DNA of 64,000 bases, from assembly GCA_023231475.1 (NCBI GenBank), contig JALJEE010002733.1:124001-188000 (forward strand), read 5' to 3'. The first letter of the stretch is position 1. Each line of letters opens with the position of its first letter. This document shows, piece by piece, positions 43,288 through 59,889 of the stretch. The notes under the pieces are model-generated. The model was given only the letters and a program-made list of their open reading frames with translations, was not told the DNA's origin and did not search any database. This DNA comes from Seison nebaliae. Taxonomy: Eukaryota. The translations under genes were made by a program, and so were the position numbers.

Positions 43288-43358
43288 TTGTTGTTGTTGT
43301 TATTCGATAATAATAATAATAATAATAATAATGATGATCATGATGCTCATGATGACGA
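43288..43358. repeat. Compound (TTG)n/(AAT)n/(GAT)n simple repeat upstream of the iGluR start
   Basis: ttgttgttgttgtt, then aataat x8, then gatgat-like triplets. Confidence 0.85.
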
Positions 43359-43426
43359 TTGATCAAATGAGAATTAGTTAGAAGAGAAATAAGATTGAGA
43401 TTTTTTTGAGATCGTCTCGTCAAACA

Positions 43427-47704
<4,278 letters not shown>

Positions 47705-49321
47705 CAACATCAAATTTTATTTATTCTCCTTCTTTTATTTCATTCAAATCAATTTTATCTTCAGTTTTCTCTTCTTCATTAAAAAGAAAGATTCATTTCT
47801 TAAATTGTTTCACTGAATATTATCGTTCGACGCTTTATTGGAACTAACCACTTTGTGCGTTGCAGACTAGAATTCAATTCGAATTAACAAATTCTTATAT
47901 ATTTAACAATCCAGTCTTTAAAACACAAAGTAGATAGTTTACCAAAAATAATCAGAAAACTTATAATATATATATATAATATATCACAACACTCGACTAC
48001 TTCCTCCTCTTCTTTTATAGGCATTGATTGGTGAATCATGTAACAATGAATTGGATGATGATAAATGCTATTGAAGATAACAATAATGATTAATTTTAAG
48101 TTAATTTCCAAAATTAATGAACAACAATCAAATTACTGAAAAACATTAATTTGTTATCTAACTTCAATAATTAAATACTTCACACAATTATACAACAACG
48201 TCTAACTTTAACTAACTTCAGTAAGTGAAAAATAAATTCTTTTAAAAAACTATCATCCTTTCTTCTACAACTTGATAATAAGTTGGAACTATATGAAAAA
48301 TTATCGTTTGTGCTACCAATGTAAGTCTATTTCATGTTTTTACAAAATGTTCGAAATAATGAACTATAAATCAGAAATCAGAACTTATTAGATTACAAAA
48401 TTGTCAGATAAAAAAAGTTCAATCTTAACTACCAATTGTCCGTCTACTAAATAACCGTTCTAGTTGAAACTCCGTCTATCAGATAAATTCGTTAACCACT
48501 ACATACCCAAACTACCAATATCATCGGAACCTTCAATATTAATATCATTTATAAGAAATGGTATAGTTAAATCGACATTTACGAGTGATTAAATCTGTAG
48601 CTAAATGCCAAAAGTTAAATTTGTATTAAAGTTTTCTTTTCAATTTGACAGATATGTGCTTGAAATCATGGCTAGAATGTGATATAACCAAATCAAATGT
48701 CATTTTCTATGAAATTGTGTATTCAATAAGTTAGAGAGATTTAATTTAAATTCTTAGTTTATTTCGTCGGTCGATTTACGAAGGTCAAATTCGGGAATTA
48801 TTATTCCTTTACTTCCGTTAATTCTTCGTTACTTTACGTAATTTATTGAAATGATTACCAGAAGATTGTTTAATGAATATACTGACACTGATCAACAACT
48901 ACCTTCATGTTAGATTGTTTCTTTCTTCCTTGTCTTGTCGCTTTTTATAAATTGCCAAATATTTCGATTGATCGCTAAAGTTCTTTCTATTTTAATATTG
49001 AAGATAAAATGTTTTCTTCTCTTTTCATGTCATCAGTCATAACTCTTAAGAAAGAAGAAATTAATCAATATTTTATCATCAATAATGAGAATTGTAAAGA
49101 TTGAATGACGTAATTTCCAAATAAGAAGAACAATAAGAAAAAAAGAAGTTCGATTTAAAAAAAATGAAACTTCATAAATTTATGTGCTTGACTCACGTAT
49201 TCCATTACCGTCAATAACATATACTATCACTGATATACTTAAAAGCATCGTATCATATAGAAAATTTAAATAATAATGAAATTAATTAACATCGTTTTCG
49301 TTTCTTTTGTATGCGTGTATA

Positions 49322-49341
49322 TGTGTGTGTGTGTGTGTGTG
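49322..49341. repeat. (TG)10 microsatellite
   Basis: Perfect TG run. Confidence 0.95.
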
Positions 49342-49710
49342 CGTTCGTAAGTATCGTGAATGAGTCATTGTCAGTTAGATAGAACAACTTTAACTACAAC
49401 CTGAATTCAGAAAGATGGACGATGTATTGGTAAAACAATATAAAATAAAAGAAAATCTTTTAAATTTGAAGGAAACATATCAGCAACCAGATAAAGGTTG
49501 AACTCTTATCTAACGTTCAATATATCTTAATCAGTTCTCATTTACACAAATGTGTATTTAATGTATTCAATTTTTTTCATTCTTTTTTAATTCTATTAAA
49601 TTTATTTGAAATTATTTTAACTTATCCATAAATAATTTGATAAATTGAAAGGAATTCATTTCCATTTTTTCAGTTTAATCAAATTTTTTTCTAAATTTTT
49701 CTTTAAACAA

Positions 49711-51301
49711 ATGAGCGTAACGGGACTTAGCACGACGGATAACCGAAATGGTTGCCTTATAATTAATTTTATATTAATTCCATTTCATTTTCTTAACCTG
49801 TCACGATTCCATTGAAAAGATACGATAAAAAATCATATTTCATTTTTTTCACCAGATTCGATGGAAGTCGGTAAATCGAAATGCAACCGCCATTTCCAAT
49901 TCCTTATGGAATTCATTACAGTATTGATTGGTTAATTTGTTTTATTTATAAAAAAGAATTAATGAGTTAGCTCTACCTTAGCTATGAGTATCTTACTCGT
50001 TCTCATGTTGGCCTTAAATCCGTCTAAGCGAGGTTTCTTTTGTAATGATCTCACAATACGCTACCCTTATCAAAGTGACACAGTCACAGTTGCTATTCTT
50101 GTTGCAGCAATTCTGTGTTTAGCATTTCTAACAGTTTCTTTTTTTTCCACTTTCTTCTTCACTTGTTGAATTCTCACAGTTTCTCATCTTGAATCTAACT
50201 CATTCGAATAGTAGACATGAAATGAAGAGTCGCGTGATCCAATGTGTTCTCAACTTATCCATCGATTGCCTTATATTTGGATTTGGAATGTTTCTCACAA
50301 TGGCTGTAGCTGAAATTGGTAAAGTTACTGTAGGTCGTTTACGTCCCCATTTTATCGATGTATGCAAACCAGATGTCGTATGTCCAAAGTTATTTCAATT
50401 TTTTTCAAAATTTACTTTCCTTCATTCAAATTTATCTCGTTAAAAAAAAACGAATCGTTGTAAAATTTACAACGAACTAATAACACAATTTAATAAAATT
50501 TTTGTTTATACTCAATTTTCAGTTCAGACCCGTATAAATATATTGAAGATTACAAATGTCAAGGAACAGATGCGAAAGCGATAAGAAATGGAAGACTATC
50601 ATTTCCATCTGGTCATTCGGCATCCGTCTATTATGGAATGGTGACATTAATAGTTAATTTCTTAAAATAAATTTCATTTTATAAGAATTTTCCAGATTTA
50701 TTTAGAATTCCGTTGGAATCTTTCATTGAGATTTCTACGTCTTTTCTCCCAAGCCGCATTATTTGCTTTTGCCTTTTATGTTGGATGTTCTCGTATAGCT
50801 GATCATCGACATCATCCAACTGATGTGATTGCCGGAGCCGCACTTGGATCAATCGTAGCGATTTATATAGTTGGAATTTTTTCAAAATTTCTTTTATAGT
50901 TTGAAATTAATTCACAGAGTATTTGTCTTCATTATCGTCATTATTATCCTGATCCGAGATATGTTTGGAAAGTTCCTGGCAGACAATTTTTCGATTTTGA
51001 ATTAGAGAAAGACATATATGTGACACGAGATGATTTACTCCATCGAAAACCAGCGCCATATACTGCGAGAACTTATCATCGACCAAATGATAGTGTGAGG
51101 AACGTTGAACTTACTGATATGAATCGAATGTCAGGTGAGACTGTTGGTACAACCAATTTCCACAAAAATAACAACAATACTGAAATCAAATTTAGCGAAG
51201 TGAATTTCAATGCGAATTTGCCAAGTAACCAAAATTATTTACAACCACAACTCAAGAACATTCACATCGAATCACCTCCGAATTACATAAATTCAAACTA
51301 A
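49711..51301 (+). CDS. PLPP: Lipid phosphate phosphatase (PAP2 / PLPP / wunen-like), ~387 aa, 7 exons
   Basis: Exons 49711-49750, 49856-49930, 49982-50133, 50180-50388, 50523-50652, 50696-50869, 50918-51301 total 1164 nt, in frame. PSKRGFFCND..IRYPY is present, and all three catalytic motifs are intact: KVTVGRLRPHF, SFPSGHS, SRIADHRHHPTDVIAG. The first exon is the least certain. Confidence 0.92.
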
Positions 51302-51553
51302 TGCATATGGATTATGATCGTCATTCTTTTTCAAATAATACAAAACATATGAAAAATATTTTACACAAAATAATAATACAAAGTTTCTTGTAAACTTTCC
51401 AGTATTATTTATTATAATAAATTTCTAGAAATTTATAATTTAATTAGTTCATTTTTTTCTTTGAAGAGAAAATTATGGAATCAAATGAATTGGTTCCGAA
51501 TTAATTCAACATTTTTTCTAGTTTCATTTAATCTACGCTTATTTCCCTCTCCT

Positions 51554-52025
51554 TTAAACTCTCGATTTATCCAACGCGGTATTCAATCCTTGATTACGAG
51601 GCATACCACAGATACCCAAATGCTGAAAATTCGTACGATTTATAGAAAAAAAATAAAATGGTTTAATTTAAATTGAAATAAAACTTCAGTAAATTTACTC
51701 GATTTCGAATGATAAATATTTGGCATCGTATGAACATTCGGTTTGTTTCGACCATAATCTGAATTCGTTGTTCTATATAACACGTGTTCTTTATTAACTT
51801 TATAATTCGTTAAATCTAAAAATAGTTTTATAAAAGTTTTCTTTATAAAATTATTCGCTAACGAGGATATTCGAATCGATCAGGTAAGCAGCCGCTTTTA
51901 TAGTATTCTGATGTTTTGGCCTTCTCTGGTATGTTAACTCCGTCCAAACATTTAATTCTTTCGAAATATTCTTTATTCTTTTCGTACTCCTCACATTGTG
52001 GCTCTTTGGTCCTATCTTCCATCAT
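51554..52025 (-). CDS. PIERCE1: Piercer of microtubule wall (PIERCE1/2, C9orf116-like) ciliary microtubule inner protein, 120 aa; absent from the ORF track
   Basis: Exons 52025-51863, 51815-51685, 51622-51554 total 363 nt, in frame; donors GTTAGC and GTTTTA. Translation includes LPDRFEYP..HVLYRTTNSDYGRNKPNVHTMPNIYHSKSSKFTEHLGICGMPRNQGLNTALDKSRV*, which matches my recollection of the family motifs YRT(T/S)N.xYG, HTMP and GM.RN..LNT..DKS. Confidence 0.88.
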
Positions 52026-52517
52026 TTGGCCGACGTGTTATTGATATGAAAAAAAGAAAAAAATGACTTGTTTACTTAATTGTTAAGGTAACAAATATCG
52101 AATATTAATGTTGTGTTGGATTCTAGTTGGAAACAAAAAAAAATTTCCGTCTTTATTTTACTGGGACAATTTTTATTCACTTTTTAAATTCAAATTTTAA
52201 GCTTCTTCTTATTCAGAATTAAAATGGATTAATAGATAAATAAAATCATTAAGTTTATTAAATATAACGAAATATCTAGAATAACAACAGCATTCCATGT
52301 GAACAAATTGGGACTGGTCGGATATATTGATGATATATATTATCAGTTTCTAGAATCTAGATAAAACTTCTTTATAATAGACTAAAATATATTTCCTCGT
52401 AATTTTACAAAATTCTAATTACTGGAAAAAAATTTCATTGGTAAATTTATGCGAAATTTATTATATAATCTTATTCAATATGGATTATTGAACATCACAT
52501 GATATATTACTTACATA

Positions 52518-53291
52518 GGAAGACAGACAATTCGGACACCGACAATTCTTTGACCACCATGTTTTTAGGGGAGACTAGACAATTCGGAAACTGTTTTTAG
52601 GAAGTGTTCAAAAATATTCAAGAGTTATCTTATACGTTGATTATAATAAATCACGCATAGATTAAAGTAATTAACATTATATAAATATTGGATTTCCAGT
52701 ATAACCAAAACAAAATTTGGTTTTTCGATTTGAAATAATAAGAAATTTGTACAAAAACTTTATTAACATGATGATGGAATTTAGCCATGTGGAAGAATTA
52801 TAGTTTCAGGATTTCGCACATTTGGAAGAATGAAACAGAAGTAACATGGGTATGTATGGAAAATCAAAAACATTGTAAGTGTAAAATCATAACAAATGGT
52901 AAAGTTTTTGTGAAGGAAGATGGCGAATACAATCATCTGCCAAATTATGAAGAAGAAGAGTTAAGAAACTGAAGTTTGAACAACATAAAGAAATTGAGAA
53001 ATTATTTGATAATATATTTATATCTTGGTTTGCAACAACTGTTCATTTTTCCTAGAAAGCATTTTTCGTTTCTTATTGTATTTACTTTTCTTCCGTACAT
53101 TTCTTTTTTACGTTCTTTTGCCAATGAAATAATCTAATAATTCTTTAGTAACAATATTTGTCAATATTATTTTTAGCAAGGTAATTTACTATCTATTCGT
53201 TACAATATTCAAAATTGTTTCCAGTCTCCGAATTGTCGGTGTCCGAATTGTCTAATCTCGGAATTGTCGGTCTCCGAATTGTACGTCGTTC
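52518..53291. mobile_element. Non-autonomous Mutator/MULE (Phantom-like) DNA transposon, 774 bp, with a FLYWCH zinc-finger remnant
   Basis: Left end GGAAGACAGACAATTCGGACACCGACAATTC matches the reverse complement of the right end GAACGACGTACAATTCGGAGACCGACAATTC at 26/31. Flanks are ACTTACATA (52509-52517) and ACTTACATG (53292-53300), a 9-bp TSD with one mismatch. Subterminal GACAATTC(GG) repeats occur at both ends. Internal ORF 52787-52972 (YSF...TWVC....HCKC.I......EYNH) is FLYWCH-like. Confidence 0.88.
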
Positions 53292-53759
53292 ACTTACATG
53301 TTGTTAGTTCTTTGCTATCAACTAGATATTTGTCCAACTAAATATATTTAAAAATTTTTAAATTTTTTGCGAAATTAGTGCATTTAAATTGCACATTTTA
53401 TTATTATTATTGCACACTTCTTTATTAAACCTCGAACAGAAAAAGTCAGAGTATTATGATGATCTTAATTTATAAAAGAAAACTTTATATTTGGATAGTT
53501 CAATTTCTTTTTGTTCTTCTGTCTTATTAATACGAACGAAACATATTTGTGATTTTTATATATAAGACCAGGAAATAGTCAACTCATCAAAGTTAGAACA
53601 ATATATAATAAATAACTTCCATAGAATAGAAAATTAATATAATATATATATAGAGAATTCATTTATAAATGAATTAACTTAATACAGAATATTAAATGAT
53701 TATTGTACTTTGAACTGTGGAGAAGTATATGTTAGAAGTTTGTTTAATTTTCATTTCAA

Positions 53760-54346
53760 ATGGATCCGAGTAAATACGAATTACCAAGATGTGGTTCGGA
53801 TATCGATTATACAAAGGTTAGATTGACTAATTATAGAACATTGAAGTAAATCAAAACTTACAGATCGGATCAATTCGACAAAGACGATTGAATTGTTATA
53901 TAAACAGTTACAACTTAACAACGTTGTCATTACTTAATCGATTTGAATTGGAGAGTCAGAAGCGTTTAAGGTTAAATGAACGACAATTAGATGGGATCGA
54001 ACGTCAATTAATCCTTTTAAATGATGCACTTGATTCCGTCTTAACGAAAGAACAATTGGCTCAGATTGGAACTTCTTCACTCGAAAAATCCTCAGAAGAT
54101 AAATCACAAAATTCAGAAACGGTGGAAAAGGAAGAAATTAAGCCTGAAGAACAAGTTGAAGAAGTTGCAGATGAAAACGAAGAAGTTGAAGAACCAATTG
54201 AAGAGATGTCATCGAACGTTAAATTTGAACAATACTTGAAATTAGTTAAGATCGGCGTTCCACCAAACGCACTTTTCAACAAGATGCGACTAGAAGGATT
54301 TACTGAAGAGGAAATAGTTGAGTTTACTGATATTTGTGGAAAATAA
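53760..54346 (+). CDS. WASHC3: WASH complex subunit 3 (CCDC53), 179 aa
   Basis: Exons 53760-53816 and 53864-54346, with a 47-nt GTT..CAG intron. Motifs: LP.CGSDIDYTK|IGSIRQRR, LLNRF..coiled coil..LILLNDALDSV, acidic linker, YLKLVKIGVP.NAL.NKMRLEG. Confidence 0.88.
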
Positions 54347-54408
54347 AATTCTTCATTCAAAAAATCGTTCAATAAATTTCTTTCCATTAGTAAAATTTCT
54401 CTGAACGT

Positions 54409-55212
54409 TTACCCCAAAATGTTTTTGAATTTTTTACCGAATTCCACCTTTTCTGCCGGAATCATATTTACACCAATTTGAAGACATGCAATTTCTTCAT
54501 CGAATTCATTTCGTGCCATTGCTGTCACATTGTAATGACCCTACGATATTAAAATGGTAATGAAAGAAAAGGAGTATGATGAGAATAACACTCGCTAGCC
54601 AACTAAGAATCTTACCAAATTTAGGTATTTCGGTTGAGAATTCTTGGGTGTCAATGACACCCGTAGAACTGCCAGTTAATGGACAAGAACAATCAATTCC
54701 ATATTCTTTCAAATTATCTGGGCAATTGTTTGGATAAAGTTTGAAAATTCGTTGCATAAAATCACAAACATCAGGATAGACACTGATATGAATTTAATGA
54801 TATTAGCAAAAATAAAATCATTAAAAAAGAAATCAACCAAGAACCCACTGGTTTTCCATCAATATGGAAACAACCAATTGGCACACTAAGACCAGCTATT
54901 GTCCGTACGACGTTAACGTGCAAACTAATTACGCCTTCGTTTAGACAAAGTAGAGAAAATATTAAAATTATAAAATTGTACCACTTAAAGGTCGATCATT
55001 TTGAACGACAATTCTCGCTTTCACATTTCCGGGTTGAACTACTGGATCTGGTGAAATTTCTATTTGTTGGAATTTGATCGGATTGTCATTTTTTCCTATG
55101 AGAAATGTTAAAGAACTCTAATATATTTGATTAACTAACCACAATTGTGCCAGTTGAAAGCTTGGTTTAGATGAAGTACAAAGAAGTTCAGAAAAATAAT
55201 TTTACACAACAT
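54409..55212 (-). CDS. GM2A: GM2 ganglioside activator-like secreted ML-domain lipid-binding protein, 202 aa
   Basis: Exons 55212-55140, 55095-54982, 54934-54838, 54782-54590, 54540-54409 total 609 nt, in frame. Signal peptide followed by FNWHNCG, ISPDPVVQPG, GSCVYPDVC, CPDNLKEYGIDCSCP, SWLASGHY, EIACL. Confidence 0.87.
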
Positions 55213-55663
55213 TTTCTTTGGAGATAACCAATTTTTTTTCGGTTATTCTTTTCAATTATTTTATGTTTAGTCAAATACTTCTCCAAACATCATTTTGATA
55301 AACAGAGTTATTTATGAGAAGATTCCCATCTGTGTCTTATCAATTTCATCTCGATTTCTGATTATTTGCCTCATTTATTCTCTCAAATAATATTATTTAT
55401 TATTTATTTAAAAAATTCTCGTCGGGATAAGGAAGAAAAAGTAGAAAAAAAAAGTTTTGTCGTCCTCGGTGTCGATTAGATGATAATATTCATATTTATA
55501 TGAAATATGATAATAATTTTTTTAAGTTTTATTTTAAAATTTGAAGAAGATGTCAAAGATCGAAGAGAAATAGGAGAAGATTATAATTTTTATTTGGAAT
55601 TAAATGTGACTATTGAAATTGTCCATTCCATTATACGAATAAATTAGATGGACATCCTGTTTT

Positions 55664-57732
55664 TTACTCACAGGCCAGTTTATGGTCAAAGCTCGATAAG
55701 GCGATTCCAAAAGCCTGAATAGCGCACATCGGGTATTGGAAATCACAGGTGAACACATCATCAGAAATCCGTCCAAATTGCATTACGATGTAGTCGGCTA
55801 AATAATGAGAGAATTGAAATGATTTCTCAATAGGAAAAAGGACTAACGATCTTTCTCATGAATAATTTGGAAATTCTTAATTGATGGTTGTGTAACACGT
55901 CCATGGAAATTGAGAACATATGATTGGGTTTCTATAAAGAGAATAATTAAATAAAAGAAAATAAATGTAAATGAGACAAACCTTCATTCCAAACTGGCGA
56001 CTTGTTATTAAGTTGAAGTAAATTGTCCATGTTCATATGTTTGCGTCGTTCGATTAATGTTTGATTCTCCTGAAGAGAAAATAGAAAAAAATTATTTGGA
56101 GACTAAAACGAACATTCACTGGTTGCACTTCGACTCGTTGTTTCTCAGGATGCATTCCCGGAATAATAATCGTCATTTTTCTTGGTCCTCGGAAACCTAA
56201 AACATTTGTGTCCTTCAAATGAAATAGAGTGTGATAAGAATTGAGGAAAAAATAAAGAAAACATAAATTATCGCTGCCAATTCTTTACGCAGCTCATGGG
56301 AAGCACTACGCTTCGAAGGTGATTGTCCATTGTCGTATACCGTAAAATTGGTACCCATAATATTAGCTCTGATTAAATGAGAAAGTTTAAATGAGAAATT
56401 AATAATTGAAAGAATTTGGAGAGGAACCTCACTTTACCTAGAAAGTTATCGCCCTCTCGTGATAAATCGCAGGGATTGGCAGAAATCAAATAGTTGGATG
56501 TTGCACTATATCGTCTCTTTCGAGCGGCTAACAAAAATTTGAATGGTTTCTCATTCACGTCACTTCGTAGTGGACCATTACGGAAATGCTCTAGATGCAT
56601 TTGATATGTTGGACCAAAATGACCGTCGCCATTTCGACGGTCTCTCGTTACTCGACAACGAACTATAACTTTGTTAGGTGCCGGTTGGAAAACGAAATCA
56701 TTCAAATTTCGCGATGCTTGACGAGACATTTCCTTATATTGTTCTTTCTCGATTTCTAATCGTTTTACTTCGTCCTCATCAATTTCAGGTTCCTCCGCAA
56801 CCGTTTGAGGATTCACCGTCAATAAATTATCCTTGTCATTTGTAACCGCCGATTTGGCTGGACGACTATGATCTCCGTCACCATGGTTCTCGTCAATCGA
56901 ATCCTCTGAACTGGTTCGGTTTGAATATTTCGGTGGTTCGTCCTCCATCAATTGCTCAAGCGATTCATCCTTCGACACATCAGTTGAATCATTTTTCGGC
57001 AATTTATTTTTTCCTTTACTTTTCTTCTTTTTCGATTGTTGTTCACCATCTTTGATTTCTTCTCCTTTTTGTTGATTGTAGGTAAATTTAGTTTTTTCTT
57101 TCGTTTCTTATAAAAGAAGAAGATTATAAAGAGAATTAGTTTGAATTGAAAAAGCAGAAACTTTTGATTGATTCACTTTTCGGCTCATCAATACCCTCCA
57201 CCAAACAATTGTCCCTATGCTTCTTTTCAATTATAACGTTATTATTATTGTTGCTATTATTCCCCTGTGGCGGTTGTTCAGTAATGTCCAATATTTGGAT
57301 ATTATCGTTGTCATTCGATGTAACTCTATGGAATATATATAATTAGAAGATAAGAATAGAAGAAAAAAAGAAACTTTTCCGAATTATATTCGAAATGACT
57401 GTTATTAATATGAATCTTCTGAACTTTCTTATTCAGATCATCTTCATCGTCGTAAGATTGATTTGTATATCCCTTAGGACGATTGCTTGGTTTAGCTATA
57501 TGTGATTGAGATATAGAGACATAAGTTGAAAAGACAAGACTTCTATTTGAAACTAACATGCGATAGATAACATTGCATTGTATTCCTGTTGTCGGGCTAA
57601 AGCGATACATCGGTTTCGTTCTTCTATTCGGCGGTTCTCATCTTCCGAGTCAGAACTATCCTTAATAAGTCTTTTTAAATAGAGAAGTGATGGGAATTAA
57701 GAAAAAGAAATTACAAACGATCCAGGAATCAT
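55664..57732 (-). CDS. TUB: Tubby / tubby-like protein (TULP family), ~533 aa, 10 exons
   Basis: Exons 57732-57719, 57670-57558, 57495-57375, 57325-57162, 57106-56428, 56368-56263, 56212-56114, 56069-55982, 55931-55848, 55797-55664 total 1602 nt, in frame; all 9 donors are GTT. Motifs: [90 protein letters not shown]. The N-terminal exons are less certain than the tubby domain. Confidence 0.93.
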
Positions 57733-58381
57733 TTTAAAGTCAAAACAAATTTTTCTTTTTGCGCTTAGTCGAAAATGATAATATTGTATAAATGACTGAA
57801 TTTTTATAGTTGTTTAATTCTCGAGCATCTATATACACATGTGGGACATTGAGTTAATGGAATGGAATAAGCGCAAAATTATTTTAAAAATTTATTATGA
57901 TATTTCAAATTATGTTGTCATGGATACTGGAACGAAATCGATATACCTTCTGCAAACTTCTCCCTACAACATTTCTTCCATTTCAATTAATGGCCTTTCA
58001 CATCATTGTTTGGGCCAATAAATTCTCCAATATCATTAAATCTTTACAAACTTATCAAATAGTTTATTGTTTTTAATAATATAATTTGCATATTCCTCAT
58101 TAATGAATTCCCAATGAATCATGTAATATCGTCCCATAACAAATATGAGTGGAACATGGAACAAAAGGAATATTCATTATAATTTTTTTTACTTATCAAT
58201 CAATTCTCAAAAAATTAATTAGTCAGATTATTCATTCAACTCGATAGAGCTAATTTCTTAAAAAGTAGGAACAACTAAAAATCATTTGATGATATTAGGA
58301 AGACAAAAATGAAAAGATCGGTGAAAAAAATTAGTTTCTCTCATTTGACAAAATTGAACAAAGTAACGAACTTAACTGAAA

Positions 58382-59198
58382 ATGCATCAATTTGACGATT
58401 TTCAATACGATAAGGACGATGAGGAAGATAAGGATATTGGATATATAGTTATAGTTCAATCGTTTGAAATACTTTCTAGGAAAACGTCGATTCCCCATGA
58501 TCGAATTGATGCGCTCAAACGTATAGCAGTTGAGACATTTTTAGGTACTCCGACTGCACGTTCTTGTACTGCTTCCAATATCGATATCGTCATTAACGTT
58601 ATAGTCAATGATGATGATAGTGAAGAGGTACAATTACAAGCTATTATCTGTTTATCTGAAATTGCTGCAGCTCATCGTGATTTGAATGCTTTAGTTTCAT
58701 TTTAATTCTATCATTATCATTATCATCTTTCATCAATTAAATTAGTTACGACAGAAAAAAGTTGTGAAGTTAGTTTGGGATCTCATCATCTCCACTGTTA
58801 GCGAGAGATACATGGCATGGGGTTGCTATTGTCTTTCGAATTTAGCGGCGGGAGGCATTGAACCATTAGAACATGTGAAGAGCATCGTCTCGTCTGAAGT
58901 GTCCAGTTGGGAACGATTGACCACATTAGGTATTTGGCAACGTATATGGATTCAAAATTATGCGGCCGTTCTCGCCGATTTACTCAACATTACATTAACC
59001 ATACCTTCGACATCCGTCGCTCCTTTAACAATAAGTTTTCGTCAGCGATCACCATCGATAGAACAGGAATATCGTCATAGAAAACGATATAAGTTGAGAG
59101 GGATAGATGTGGATAAGAATGCAATTATCGCCAAGAGTTATGTGAAGAAAATGGACGTTAAGTTAAATAAACGTACTCAATTACAATTGATGAATTAA
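58382..59198 (+). CDS. Armadillo-like helical domain protein, ARMH2 (C6orf229)-like, ~254 aa
   Basis: Exons 58382-58693 and 58746-59198, with a 52-nt GTT..TAG intron in frame. The helical pattern DRIDALKRIA..FLG, WGCYCLSNL and WQRIWIQNYAAVL resembles my recollection of ARMH2 (W.CY.LS; W..W.ENFA.VL). The start is uncertain. Confidence 0.65.
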
Positions 59199-59323
59199 GA
59201 GAAGAGTTAACAAAAGATTGATAATTTTATTGACGAAATAAATTGAGAAGATGAATTGAAATTAAATAAAATTCGAATTAGAAAACAATTCCTTTATTTC
59301 CTTTTTAGTTTCACGCTAATTTT

Positions 59324-59754
59324 ATGAATAATCCAATTTTGGATAGTGAGAAATTTCGAGTCGAGACGATACAAGATGAATTAATTGTTCGTTCTATTTT
59401 AAAATGATTCGGTTCAACTCATCTGTTAATATTTAGCGTGAGAAGCGAACGAGATATTATGAGCAAGATAAGGAATTTCGAGGTATATCCATCATTGATT
59501 CAGATATGAGTGAATTGCGACTTAAAAGAATAATTTCAATTCTCTGGAATATTATTGCTCCGAATGGATGTTTAGAAGAAGCGACACAAAGTCTGAAAAT
59601 TGAATTAGATAAGGAATTCGGACAAACTTGGAATTGTGTTTGTGGAACTTCAGTCACTTACAACATCCGTCACTTATCACCTGACAATTACGCGTTATTC
59701 AATTTTGCTGATCAATATTTAGTTTTCATTTTCCGAAGAGTGGAAACATTTTAA
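59324..59754 (+). CDS. Divergent LC8-type dynein light chain (DYNLL/DNAL4 family) with an N-terminal extension, 126 aa
   Basis: Exons 59324-59386 and 59437-59754, with a 50-nt GTT..TAG intron. IIDSDMSE..., ATQSLKIELDKEFGQTWNCVCG and a terminal LVFIFR strand follow the LC8 pattern (IK.xDM, A..IK.xFDK.xG..WHCIVG). Confidence 0.82.
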
Positions 59755-59889
59755 AATGTTTATTGAAATAAAAATAAAATTGTGTCCAACAAAAAAAAGA
59801 TTTGATATTCCGACAAAAATGGCAAAGTTTCTTTCAAACGCAAAATTAAGTTTCGTTATCGAATAAATATAAAAAAACGAAGTTTATTA

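Noticed and set aside
50963..51007. Extra intron in the last PLPP exon (GTTTGG..AG)
   Set aside because: The frame is open straight through, so no intron is required; it was not counted.
58309..58395. Upstream ATG (58309) as the ARMH2-like start
   Set aside because: It is out of frame and stops shortly after 58382; joining it would need an intron of about 30 nt, below the 42-nt minimum seen here. It could be a uORF.
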